Shown: positions 36,101 through 48,800 of the stretch, one piece after another
Layout: each line of letters starts with the position of its first letter
Numbering within the stretch: position 1 is the stretch's first letter
NCBI GenBank assembly: GCA_051294905.1
Contig: CM119372.1
Coordinates: 17,734,001 to 17,798,000 of the forward strand
Origin: Botryllus schlosseri
Lineage: Eukaryota
Length of the DNA stretch: 64,000 nucleotides
Direction of reading: 5' to 3'
Notes under the pieces: generated by a model
Told to the model about the DNA's origin: nothing
Database searches by the model: none
Seen by the model: only the letters and a program-made list of their open reading frames with translations
Translations under genes and position numbers: made by a program

Positions 36101-37676
36101 TCAAGACAAAAGCATAGTGGTCAAGCGCCTAGCTTATCTATCTATTTGCGGCCGGTTCGACTCCTTGCCGGGTCAGACCCAGCCCCAAACTTCTGCTGTC
36201 TTTGCAAGTGAAAACTGCGTCTGGCAACTTTGCTAGGCACAGAGGTAGTGAGCTGTCTCGGTGGTTCTGTTCTGATACTGCTTTGTTACGTATGAGCTAT
36301 ATTGTCGCTAAAGCAGTTGTGGATCTTTGAGTTTGGAGATCGGTATTAAAAATGTGCTAGCAAGTAACTGATCTATAAAAGGTATTATTAAACAGTTCTT
36401 GTTGTCTAGCATTAGATTAATATATGATATGTGTTTTGTCTCACTGCTCTCCGAATGTCACAATGCTCCTAATACAATGCAGGTTGAACAAGGATGGCCC
36501 ACCAGAATATGAACATGGTATATTCCAGAGTATTGGCTTCAAGGGTAAATCAAACACTATTGGATCGACATTTCTCACTCTTGTCCCTCACTTACACTTG
36601 TTTTCAGAATTTCATAAATATCTAACTGAAGATTTGTCGACTGATGATAAGGAAAAGTACTTGAATGACTCAATAGAAAAGATGAAGGTGTCAACTTGGC
36701 AGTATGCTAAATATCAAATGAAATGGCTTCGCAAGAGACTTGTGAATAGTAAGCTATTATTTATGATGGATATTTGTAGAGAATTGGGCATATATTAAGT
36801 AACAATTTAGACATCGGTCATCAATAACAGCTTCCTATCATTTGTTTGACTGCGGTGTGACCATTATCTTATACAGTGATCAATGTTGCCTAATCTGAAA
36901 TATTTTGTTACACATCTAATTATTTTATGGACATGGTCGGTTGACTACTTGACTCTGTTATAAATTGACTAATCTGTGACGGATTTGTACCTGTTTGCAA
37001 TGCTTAGCATCGCTCATGTTCTTCTGTTCAATATTTATTAATGCTAGTTCTTGTATTAATGTCTATTTGACTGACTATAAACCTCCATCAGACAAGTGAA
37101 AAGTCGGAGTTTGACTGATTTTGAAGAACGGTCGGCTTTCGCAGTCAAACAGTAGGTAGACCTATCCCTATCATGTGGCAACTTGCGAAAATTACAGGGG
37201 AAGACACTGCCAATGTATACCCTGTCGATTCTACCAATCCGTCTGATTGGAATGAAGTCGTGTACTATCCGTCGTTGAAAATTTTGAGGGATGCAATTGA
37301 ATGGGATACGTTTGTCGACGGAATAACTGCGGAATCCCCCATTTTTCGAGAGAATCTTGTCGAAAACGCAAAGGATATCGAACCGATTCCGAAAACATCA
37401 GATAAATTCGACAATACCCCAAGAAATAAAAGAACCTGCAATCTTTGTGGTGGAAAGGTATTTCTGACCGATGGAGAATGGGATGGTAGGTACCTTGCCA
37501 TATTACTGCTCAACACTCACTGTCAATATCATTCATTCTGTGCAGTTCACAAAAAGTCCAGGCGACACAAGAGAAGTACCGCCAGCCGAAAAAGGCAACT
37601 TACCAACACCTGCAATATCTTGTCAAACTATGAAGACACCTTGAAAAAGCAAGCTAAAATGCCCGACGACACGTGA
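24127..37676 (+). CDS. TRIT1: tRNA dimethylallyltransferase (MiaA/MOD5 family), 10 exons, 483 aa
   Basis: Exons 24127-24324, 24392-24529, 34437-34595, 35274-35387, 35466-35589, 35981-36077, 36483-36544, 36608-36748, 37198-37485, 37546-37676. All GT-AG and phase-consistent, 1452 nt in total. Motifs: GATGAGKS P-loop, [55 protein letters not shown], and a C-terminal CxxC...H...H Zn finger. Confidence 0.94.
25021..26269 (+). repeat. Tandem array of a 176-bp unit, 7 copies (left arm)
   Basis: The unit start G(C/T)TTCGGACT recurs at 25021, 25204, 25379, 25555, 25731, 25907, 26083 and 26259. Confidence 0.97.
26365..26836. mobile_element. hAT MITE of the GACTCGAGTC family (same family as 15801)
   Basis: Ends CGGTGTTGGGATGACTCGAGTC...GATCCCAACACTG. 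TSD degenerate. Confidence 0.8.
27106..29228. mobile_element. Composite hAT-Charlie-type element in the centre of the foldback
   Basis: Ends CAGTGGTTCTCAAAC...GGTTAAGAACCACTG with GGGGGCGC repeats. Includes an inverted fragment related to the 8022 element (about 28900-29118). Flanks do not match (TTCGATAA / GTCTAGCC). Confidence 0.65.
29229..32366 (-). repeat. Tandem array of the same 176-bp unit, about 18 copies, inverted (right arm)
   Basis: GTCCGAAGCC-like motif recurs every 176 bp (e.g. 29721, 29897, 30073...32185). Reverse complement of the left array. Confidence 0.97.
32817..34299. mobile_element. Older hAT element (CAGAGG termini, AGTA/TACT repeats) whose left end was hit by the foldback
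   Basis: Ends CAGAGGTGGTCAGTA...TGATGACCTCTG. After removing the foldback the flanks are GCTAACTC / GTTCACTC. Confidence 0.65.
36110..36185 (+). mobile_element. tRNA-derived SINE head in TRIT1 intron 6
   Basis: A box-like AGCATAGTGG and B box GGTTCGACTCC, followed by GGTCAGAC as in the 7222 copy. Confidence 0.5.
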
Positions 37677-38895
37677 ATCGCTTTAGCAAATTGGATGCTA
37701 TTAGTCACGATATAAGAACTTTGAAAGACAGCACCGTCGTCCACTCACGTCAATCGGGCGAACTGGCTTAAATATGCATGTACGCCAGGGTGGCGGAACT
37801 TCAGACAAACTGATAAAAATCTACCGGTGCACTGACATATTTTGGATTCATGTTCCAAGCGATGTTTGACATTCTTAAGCCCGTCATCATATATGTCATA
37901 TCTACAACTCTGTTAATCAGTTTTTTAGCATACCATTGGTTGGTGTCAGCGACGAAAGTATTGTACTACAGCACAACCCATAAAATATTTTATTATTAAT
38001 CGCTATTTTATCATGGACTCTTGGTGTTTTGTAGAAAACTCGTGTATCATAGCGTTGACCAACTCATAGCTGATCAAATTCTTGTCTGTCTAGAACAGCT
38101 TGTCTATCCAGGATATAACATTAGTCACAGCACATAAGAGATCATGTCATTGCTAAAGAAGAGTCTGGCTCTTTGGTCTTAATGCCTACCCTTGCTGACA
38201 CTTCCATGTCGAGAAGGGGATATAGATTCATTTTTTCTGGGTGGTTCGAATCAAGGTGCCGTTTTAACAAACTGGGGGACATGTTAAAACGGGTTTTTCA
38301 GAAGCCACACATACTTGTTTTCTGAATTTGCTTTCGTTTAGACATGGTTTCAATTTATTCTACTTGCTATACTGATGGATACTTCATTTACTGCATGCTG
38401 CAATTTGAGAACCACTGGTTTAGATGGTGGCTTGCCTCAGCAATGTAATGATCAACTTGTATTGTCAAAAACCATGCAGCATCAAATCAAATGCATTCTC
38501 AGTCATCAATCTGCGAAAATTTGTATTGGCGCAAACACAGGAAGTCTAGCAACATTTCTATTTACAGCACGTCTAAAGGTCAGTGGCCTCGATTGCTTCA
38601 AGGCAATGAAGAATAGGCACCGAGCTTTCATGTAAATGTAACTCGCACAATCGCAGTCGTTACGGGTCGAAAACGATGTGTCACAAAGAATTGAACTTGC
38701 AGCTCCCTCGTTACACACATTATGCAGGCGAATAGTTTGAGATTGCAGAGATGAATCGACACTAGAAAAGTCAACGGAAGCATTTTGAAAGCAATGGAAC
38801 AAAACGTCATTGTATATAGCTCTTCCCCGTGACAGTGGCTATATGCGCAAACTTCCACAAATACGCTACATGTTTGAGAAAGTTTAAACAAGTAA

Positions 38896-39242
38896 TAGGG
38901 AAGGTTACCATACATAGTTCTCCTTTTTCAGGTTTTCGAAAATGTCCTCCTTTTTGGCAATTCGTGTGGATAGATTCGATTGAAAATGGGGATAAATGAC
39001 GCTGAATAGGAAATTCGTGGTTCGAACGAAAGTTACCTTTATTTTCGTTTAGTCAACCAACGTAAAGTGTCAAAGTAAAACTAAAACTGTATTCCTGGAG
39101 TTGAGCCGGGAAGTTTTTTTCAGTCAACCAACCACAATGCCGTGGAAAATACCCATTTTTTCCGGATTTTACTCCAGTATTCTAAGTCCGAAAATTTTGA
39201 AACAGCGTCCTCCTTTCCCAATTCTAAAATATGGTAACCCTA
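38896..39242. mobile_element. hAT MITE (GGTTACCATA family) between convergent TRIT1 and EEF2K
   Basis: GGTTACCATAC...GTCCTCC repeats...TATGGTAACCCTA. Inverted relative to the 23369 copy. TSD not clear. Confidence 0.65.
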
Positions 39243-39862
39243 GGTATGACGTGTTGCTTTTGCAGTATATAGAACTATTCGCATATCTCGAGTTTGAAAT
39301 AATTCTGATACGCTGGTGAATCTGTGTCGATGTGACATGACAGAAGCAGCATTTCAAAAAATTTTGCAATATTGAAAAAAAGAACTTTACCACTCTTGAT
39401 ACGTCTAAAATTCATGTACATTCGGTAAATTAACTGTGCGGATTACATAGCTGAAGATAAGACATCTATCATACTTAGTCTAGATTGGGTATGCTAGTTA
39501 GATATACAATTGCCTCGTATTTGTACACAGTAAATATACTGAGGTAGCGTTTTAGTAGTTTTCAAAATATATACACAATAGCAATCAATTCGCCGTGAAT
39601 ATCTCTTTCCCGGGACTTTGATAAACCTGCATGTCCTACCGCCCGGAATCGTATCACAAGGTTAGTATGTTCGGATATTCACAGTGATACAATAGAAAAC
39701 TGAGCAAAATCTGCCACCTTGCACCCAAAAATGCCGTCCAAGTCTGCTAATCACGGCCTGTGATATCCAAATACCCTTCGGCCAGGCAGAATAAGTCATT
39801 CGCCGGTCGTCTGTTGTCACCACCAGCAAGCGAGTCCGCAACGTTCATAAGTAGCGCTCGAA

Positions 39863-42800
39863 TCAGGCGTCTTCATCTTCCACCAATGCCCACGCCTCTT
39901 CAGCCAAAATGAAGTATTTGCTAGCGAGTCTTCCTTTCATGGACGCGGTGGCTTCTTCGGCAGCTTGATTGTACAGTTCGCCTGCGCAAGTAATTACTTG
40001 AATAGGTGACTGGCGGTTCTAAACTAGAATATGGCTTTCAAGAGTACATTCATTGCTGTGTACTTTATCAAATCGGAGACTTTTCGTGTGCCCAGTAACA
40101 AGAGGTAACTGCACAGTGCATAATGACAAGCATATGAACATAGATTCAAACGAAAACTAATTTGCCAGCAAGTAAGAGAAAGTCAGCTGTACCAGAAACT
40201 ATGCGGTATTCGTAGCAAATACACGGAGAGTTGTTAAACAAACAGTATTAATGAAAAATCTTAAGGTAGTAAAGGAACTCCTTCTGTCGACACACTTGAG
40301 TACGGCCACTGGAGAAGTGGATTTCATATTTTTGAGTCCTATCCCAGATTTGAGATTCAAATTAAGAATAAATTTCATATCACGGCTAGGGGATGGGCAA
40401 AATCAAGTACCTAAGTCATTTAATTCTGAATAGAGTATTAGCCTGCGAGTCGCTTCGAGTATCACGCATTATGACATCAGTAGGAATGATGCAGAAGGTT
40501 CAAATACGTACCTTTTGCGATCACAAAGAATATAATGCCAGTTCTACGTCACGTATGAAATATAATATATTTTCAGACCATACCTATTTCATTGCACTTT
40601 GTGACACTGAAAATGTGGGCTGATCACGGCTTAACAGATATGTCATTTCCACTAATGTGCGTACTGCGTAGCCTACTACATGTTTTATAAGCGGCGATAT
40701 GACCAATCGAGGTTTCAAGGCTGCCACAGAGCAAGATAATATTGAAACTACAATTCTCATTTACAAATAACTCTCAGTGGCTGGCAGCGTATAATTGCAG
40801 TACTCGAAAAAATCATTTCACAGTCCCACTACTAGACTCGAATCGTTACAATTAATGCTAGACTCGCTTCCGCGCACTCGAATCATTGTGTCCACTGTCC
40901 ATCGAGCTCTAATGGTGACCACGTTCAAAGTAATATCCCAAATCTCTTCAAAAGTCGCATGAATTAGATATCAGTAGGCCGATTGTTTTTGACATGTCAA
41001 AATAAGTCAAAATTTTGTCAAAATTGAAGCGTCAGGTCAAAAAATTGTCAAAATTGTTTACAAAGTCAAAACTTTTTTGACCCCTCCGTTTCGTTTGTAT
41101 CGTAGATTTTGCACTGTCAGTGAACTTATCATTTGATATTTTACATCTTGTAGCCTACTTTATAGCCTACCGTTGTAGACGGCCCATTGTCTGCTCATTG
41201 TGAATCATAAACGGTCAAATGAAACAAACTGGTTGACATGGTGTTATGTACCGCAACATCCTGACTGAAGCAAGAATGCTTGGGCATTGCATGGTTCTTA
41301 TAGCAAGCAGCGCATGATGAAAAATTGTGATGTAGACAACATTGCCAAAAAGAAGCAACACAGTGTGTCACCAGCTGTGTACGCACAACTTCAGTGTTGT
41401 CACCCAACAACTGCTGTTGTTGAACGTTCTTTCTCCATTCTTGGCAAACTATTTAGTAACACAGGACAGACACTTTCTACCCGAGAATGTAGGAAAGTAT
41501 CTTTCGTTGTACTGCAACAAATTTTAATTATTCCTACATTAATAAGTGGTGTAACCACTGGAATTCTTCATAGCGCCCGATTTCGTTAAAATACAGTTTT
41601 TCCATGGAAAAATTTGTCACTTCTCAAGTCAAGAACGTTTTTATTAGGTCTAACTACTTCATAAGGACAGACACTTCCAACCAGAAATGAAGATAAGTAG
41701 TACAATTTTAACATTATGTGCGAAAACACCTAATTTGCATACACGAGGTCAAAATTTGGTCAAACTTTATTTTTTTTAGGAAAAAAATGTCAAAATTAAG
41801 CTTTTTAGGTGCAAATCTTTTGTTTTTTAGGTAAAAAATTCGCCCTAGTTATCAGTTATTGAAGTTATCAGAAATTTCATGTCGAAATCAAATTCCGGCT
41901 TCAAAATAATCGTAAATCCTTATTCAAATCCGGCAAAACTCATCAAATCCCTTTTTTCCGTTACGTCAAAGTGACTCACCAGCCATGTTCGGATCCGGTT
42001 CGATTCCGTTTCCTCCTCTGAGGCGAATCTCAGCGATGGCAGCGAGGACTTGATATTTCGGAGCCAGCCTCGAGGTGACCGAGTCGTAGCCTCCCTCCGC
42101 GTCGGCGTCTTCGCATTTGGCCAGCAGCGTCTCGTACCAGTGAACAGCCGAAGCGTAATTGATGTCCCTGATGAAGGGAAATCGTTTCAAATGCTGACCA
42201 AAAGAGGGAATTCTCGACTTGGTAAGAGTAGAGGAGCCAAGCGGGCGACTAAATTCTGCATTTGCGAAAATTAAAAAACAGCGATCAGTTTAACGAAATA
42301 TATTGTTCACGCCATTTTAAGATTTGAGCAATAGGGAGTGTTGTGAACCTTACCTAATTCCCTGAACTGAAACCTGATAATACCTTTGTGAGTCGTATAA
42401 TTTGTCGTGTGAACGTAGATAACGAAATATGAAATCGTACGACGTTGGGTTCATTTCAAGATATACGTGTGTAATACCACGGAGAGACATTGATGTATAC
42501 ATTCATGATTATTAGCTGGTTCGGAAGTTGATATACATTCATGATTATTAGCTGGTTCGGAAGTCGATAGACATTCATAAGTACTTCGCCAATTGCGAGA
42601 AATATATATTGCATTTTGAACCGTACGTGACATTCAATAAAGTTACAAGTCGGGGAGACGGAAACAAAATATATTCGTCAGTGTGATCCATCGAATATGT
42701 GTGCAATAGACAGGCTTCGTGGTACTTCAGCCAACAAGGTCGTACGGCGTGTACGCCGGTCGTCGAACGGAAGAAGAAACACGCAGCGAATTGTAAACGC

Positions 42801-45800
42801 AACCTTCTTGGAGTCAGATATACAATTATACAACTATAAACATTCGCTCTGCGTTAAAGTGGTGACCCCGACGTGATATAACGTTCGCTCTGCGTTAAAG
42901 TGGTTGACCTTCCGACGTTCAATCAATCAAGACCGACCGAAGACAATCAATATAAAGATTCGCCTTGCATGACGGCGAGAAAGAGCAATACAGCAACGGA
43001 TCACGGACCAATAAATATAAAGATTCGCCTTGCACAACGGCGAGAAAGACCATTCAGAGAAAACGAAGAGACGTTATTGCCAGGAAGAAATGCAGCTGGG
43101 TTGTGCTCCCGACGATCAATACGCCAAAGAGAAGACAATAATGAAGGCAACGTTTGCAGTGTCAGAAATTGGTCGGAAATCGCAGAAGCTTGGCAGATTT
43201 GCGGACAGTGGTGCTCCAAGCATGCATCACACGGATTAGAAAAATGAAAGGTAGATCGATTTTATTTTCTTGCACTACGACGTTAGTTGGTTACTGTTAT
43301 TGGGATATTGACAAAGTATAGTTTTGTAAAGTAACTTGCAATCATTGGTTTCTAAACCCAGGTAGGGGCCGCATTTCCTGCGAGTCTAATCCTCCGCTGC
43401 TAGAGCTGTAGGACGCAGGTGCTTATATAGCATGATGTTTTGATAAGAGATGTGTGCGGGTAAACCCGTGGCAAGAAGGCTACCCTATTTATTCGATGCC
43501 ATGATGCATCCAATAGCTGAATAGCTTGATATGAATGTGTGATGAATAATGATATATTGCAAGCCTTATGAAGAGATATTAGGCCTCTGCCATACAACGA
43601 TACCCTTATGTTGAGTATATCATTGAGAAAATATGCAACGCGGTAGTGCATGATATTTGCAAACATTGCTTTGCATGTAATACAATAAATAGGGCACACT
43701 CTCGTTCTGTTGGTATATACCAATGTTAAATGCTACGTGATATGAATTAGGAAGTTTCATATCAATTTAGAATAAAATGATTGCAGGTGAATACTCGATT
43801 TTTTTTTTATACCCATAACAGTGTCTTGCTGATTAGTTGGCGTGCGAGTGATATTATCGGTTTTCTGAATGTCCAATGTAATGTATCCTTTAATGTTGTC
43901 GTGATATCGTGTATGTATTGTTTTAAGGTATCAGGTGATATTTGTTGTTTTACGAGAACCTAATGTTGTTGATTTGTATTTCAGTAGTCTGCATGAACAG
44001 AATGATGTTACTTCGAGTCATTTCAAGATCAGCCGAATACTATGTTATGATGGTATTTTGTTTTATTTGTTACTTTGCCCATGCATATAAAATTGTTACC
44101 TGTCTCCAGTCCCTGATTAGTTATAACGCTAGATATAACGTTTTGAACGATATGTTCGGTTTTTTTACACGAAGTTCTTTGGCTGAAAGGGGGGAATTTG
44201 TAACCGAACATTTTGAACAATATATTCGTTTTTTTTACACCAAGTTCTTTTGGTAGGAAGGGGTAACTTTTAACGAAATATATTGTTCACGCCATTTTAA
44301 GATTTGAGCAATAGGGAGTGTTGTGAACCTTACCTGATTCCCTGAACTGAAACCTGATAATACCTTTGTGAGTCGTATAATTTGTCGTGTGAACGTAGAT
44401 AACGAAATATGAAATCGTACGACGTTGGGTTCATTTCGAGATATCCGTGTGTAATACCACGGAGAGACATTGATGTATACATTCATGATTATTAGCTGGT
44501 TCGGAAGTCGATAGACATTCATAAGTACTTCGCCAATTGCGAGAAATATATATTGCATTTTGAACCGTACGTGACATTCAATAAAGTTACAAGTCGGGGA
44601 GACGGAAACAAAATATATTCGTCAGTGTGATCCATCGAATACGTGTGCAATAGACAGGCTTCGTGGTACTTCAGCCAACAAGGTCGTACGGCGTGTACGC
44701 CGGTCGTCGAACGGAAGAAGAAACACGCAGCGAATTGTAAACGCAACCTTCTTGGAGTCAGATATACAATTATACAACTACAAACATTCGCTCTGCGTTA
44801 AAATCAGCGCATGATGTCATTTTAAAAGTAACGACCAAGTGAAATCAACATTTTCTTTCGAATTGACAAGAATTGCTTGCAGAAAGAATTTAAGTTTGTT
44901 AAGGTCACTGCAACTGTGCTGGAGTCGACACTCACAAACTGCTCGGAAGACCAGCTCCCGAATGATACGCTTGTCCGATCAAATACATGGAATTGAGATC
45001 GCCGGCTTCCGCCGCCTTCTCCAACAGCTCGAAACCTTTCACGTTGTTCTCCTCGCACGCCTAAAAGCAGGAGTCCGTTGATCAAAAGAACTGTTTCGAA
45101 GGCAACGGTCGTCACAAAGAGCCAGGTGGTCCGTAACAATAAAATTGTAACACTTACTCCAGAAGTTATGATTTATTAGACCAATGGTTCTCAACTGCCG
45201 GTCCACAGACCGATGCTGGCCCGCGGCTAGTTTCCTGGCGCCGCGCCAAATATGTTAGAACCGTAATCCTCAATTCCAAAATGGAAGTTGGACACTTGTC
45301 CATTAATTAAAAAATATAACATCAAATTCTAATTTGATTGAAAAGTTTGAAACGTATTTTACTGCATGGTGTTTCAAATGACAGTTCATATAGCATTTCT
45401 CTCAAAGGATACCGAACAACCACAATCAAGTTAGTGGTCTTAAGTATGACTTCATGAGCTTTGCCTTTCAGAAACTTCAATAGAACCACGCATAAATATC
45501 AAAATCAGGAAAGCAGCATTAAATGAAGTTCCCAGTATTACATTTCAGTGGCATATATTTGACGCAATCATAAATTTAGGGTTAATTTTGATTCTTGAAT
45601 GTTCACCGGCCGGCAACATTCATTTTGAAGTTTTACCGGTCCGCGAGGTCATCAAGGTTGAGAACCACTGATTTAGAGCACTTCCGCCTCTACGTCACCG
45701 TTTTCAGTTGTTCTACTTGTAGTTACTAAAAACTGGAAACGTTACTATTACTTTTGCTCGAGTACTAGACGATGACTGCTTTCACAACCTCTGGTTGAGT

Positions 45801-48800
45801 TTCACCTCCAATTAGACTCTTTCACTTACTAGAATATCGCTACTAGTAGGGCCTACTTAATAAAAACTTATGCAATTACTACTTCTACTTCTGCACCAAT
45901 GATGACTGACTGTGATCAGCTCCGTTCGTTCCTAGCCTCACCTCCAATTCGACAGTGGACAAGATGTCGTGCGGCATTTTGAGATACATCTTAGAGAGGT
46001 TGAGAATCGCGTCCAGCGAGCCGCATTCGGACGCCTTTTCCAAATGGAACACCGCAGAGTCTTCATCAAATGGGAATCGGCCGAGGTCGTAATACACAGT
46101 CATCTCGTAATGTATCTGAACACGAGAAAAGACAGAATAAAAACACGGCCGTAATTGTCCTTGGAAAGTCGCTCCTTACTTTTCCCAATACTGATCTGCC
46201 GATTTCCACTTTTGGCGACGCGTGCAGCATCTTGGAGACTTCAGCCAAAACAGTGGATGGTCTGCGCATCCCGATCGCTGGTTTGTTGTGGGAGAAGTTG
46301 GGCAACGCGCCCAGCCCGTCGGTTGGCGGTGATCCGAGCGAGCGTAAAAAGTCGTGGTATTCCTGCGGGAGAAAACAGCGTTACTTAACTGGCTACGGAT
46401 ACGGCAAGAAATCCTCTGCTGGATAGTCGTGATTTTTTCCCGTGAAATCACGACGATATCGTGCAAGAACGTGCCTAGGATCGGCGTAACTTGTAATGGA
46501 AATCAATCGAAGATTTTCAGTGGAACCAAAATAGATAGACATGAGGAAAATATGGCTCACTTTCAAAATAGTGAGTGCCCGAATAGCGAGTCATGCAAGA
46601 TGCCTGAGTGCCAAGCAAGGCCTTACAATAGCGAGTGTCATGGTAGCGAAGCATTCAAAATAACCAAGGTAACGCTCAACCTTAACACAGGCTAACCTGA
46701 CTCTTAACCTTAACCCAACCCTAATCATAAACTTTAACACAAGCTATTAATAACCCTAACACGAATTCGTTATTTTAATTGACTCCCTATTGTGAATGCC
46801 TCACTGTTATGACAGTGGCTGTTCGGAAATTTGCCAGGATTCTGAAATTACAGCAACAAATAGCGAGATCTTCGTGGAGGTACAGAACTGCAATATACAA
46901 TCGAATAATATATTCATATTGAAATATTTGGGTGGGTTTATTTCAATATGAATAGATTATTCAAAAAGTGACATGGTTTTCACTGCTGACATTTTCCCAA
47001 ACTATTCTTTATAGGCAAACTACCTGCTCATCAGGCAAGGAATAATATTTACAGCATCTCAATAGATTTAATGAAGGCCCAGTAACAGGTTTGCGTTGTC
47101 CATCTATCTGATATGTTGGATTGTAATAGATTACACACCAATAATGTTATCTTCCAAATGAATCTAATATCGATGTGGCTTATCTATATTTATGAATAAT
47201 CCTACAGACGTACGACGCGACAAATGAATTCTCACCCCGTGATCAGACAGTTCGCTGATGGTCCTAGTGCGACGCTGTGAGCCAGGTCTGGAATTATACC
47301 CGCTCGACACCGAGACCTGGTCCGAATCGGGTTCTTCATAGCTCGGTTGAGTTTGAAAGCTTCCGACCGCGCTGTCACTGAAAAAATATTTTAGAAATGC
47401 CACTTATTAGGATCATATTTGAGTGATAGGACATCCGAAAGAACAAACAAAAGTCACAAAGAGGTTTCATTTTTACAACATAAACATACAATAGACTAGA
47501 AATTTATTTTAAAATGCAACCTTCTTAAAGTCTACAGCCGAACATTCATGTACAACTATATTACGAATATACGAAAGAAACTTTGAGCCTTCGAGTTGAC
47601 TACCACCATTCATACAGCCAAGCAAGCCAGCGATACCTCAACACTGGGTTCATGTGAGTATAAAAATTACACTTGGGAGTTGAAACCAGTATATCGATAA
47701 ATCCTACTTATTGCAAAGTCGTTATCTCCTTGACCCTTATCAATTCCAGTACTGTCACGGGAATTCAGATTTCACAAACAACTGGGACACCAAGTACACG
47801 ATATTGCAATTGCACCTCCAACCTCAATAGCACAATATCGTTTGATATGACATACAAAATTAACACAATGTGATCAAGGTTACATTGTTGTGTTAAAATG
47901 CTATCAAGTAGTCTAATAAACTAACATGGATCCTTCATTAGTATCAAGTCTTTTTCTTCCCGGCTGTTGGGGCATCGGAACATCAATTTCTTCCACGTCT
48001 TCCTCCAATATATACAAGTCGTCGTTACCTGGAATCACACCTTTTCGTATCACGGTTAAAAATAGTCAAACAAGCGATTGCCAATATCTGCCGCACTAAT
48101 GCAGTAGTGACCTGGCATTTGCTTCATTACAAATACCAACTCATACCGTGCGGAGACTAGATTCCCAGCCCCCAGGCAATGCGTTTTCAACAACACATCG
48201 TCATTTTGTGTTGGCAGCGGGGATCGATTTTGCATATTCCAAAGTACCTCTTGATCAACCGCTACAAGTACGCTACACTCGACCAAATCTACTTTTTTGA
48301 AACTACTTATTCCACAGTAATCACATCGTTTCGCTTCTAACCTTCCCCGGATCTCGGCGGAAGATAGCTCGAAGATTCTTCCAGTACGGCGAATAAGTCG
48401 GAAGAATCCTTGACGAGGGGCGAAAGCGGCTCCTCATATCCGGTGGGTAGCGTACCCCGTCTCTGAAACATTGATCAACATCGAACATTGCATACCAAGA
48501 AGGCATAATTATGTACAGAGGTGGCCATTTGTCAGTAATGAAGTACTTCTATTTTTTTGGAGTACTCAAGAGGACTTTGCTTGCTTACACTACTCGCTCA
48601 AGCAGATACGCTTTTAGACTACTTTCATGTCTACTTGACAATTTTCGAAGGTAAACAACATATTCTTTGGATAAGTTTGCATCACTTGTACAAGTAAAAT
48701 TGTCATGACGACAGTGCGAATGCGCACCTATATCGTAGGAGCTGAATGTTTTTTTTTCAAAAAGTGCATTTGCACTGACATTAGTCATTTTGCGTCAGCC

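Noticed and set aside
42575..44746. Identical 75-aa ORFs (42575-42802 and 44519-44746) as a duplicated gene
   Set aside because: They are the antisense frame of the two LTRs, use a non-ATG start and have no domain.
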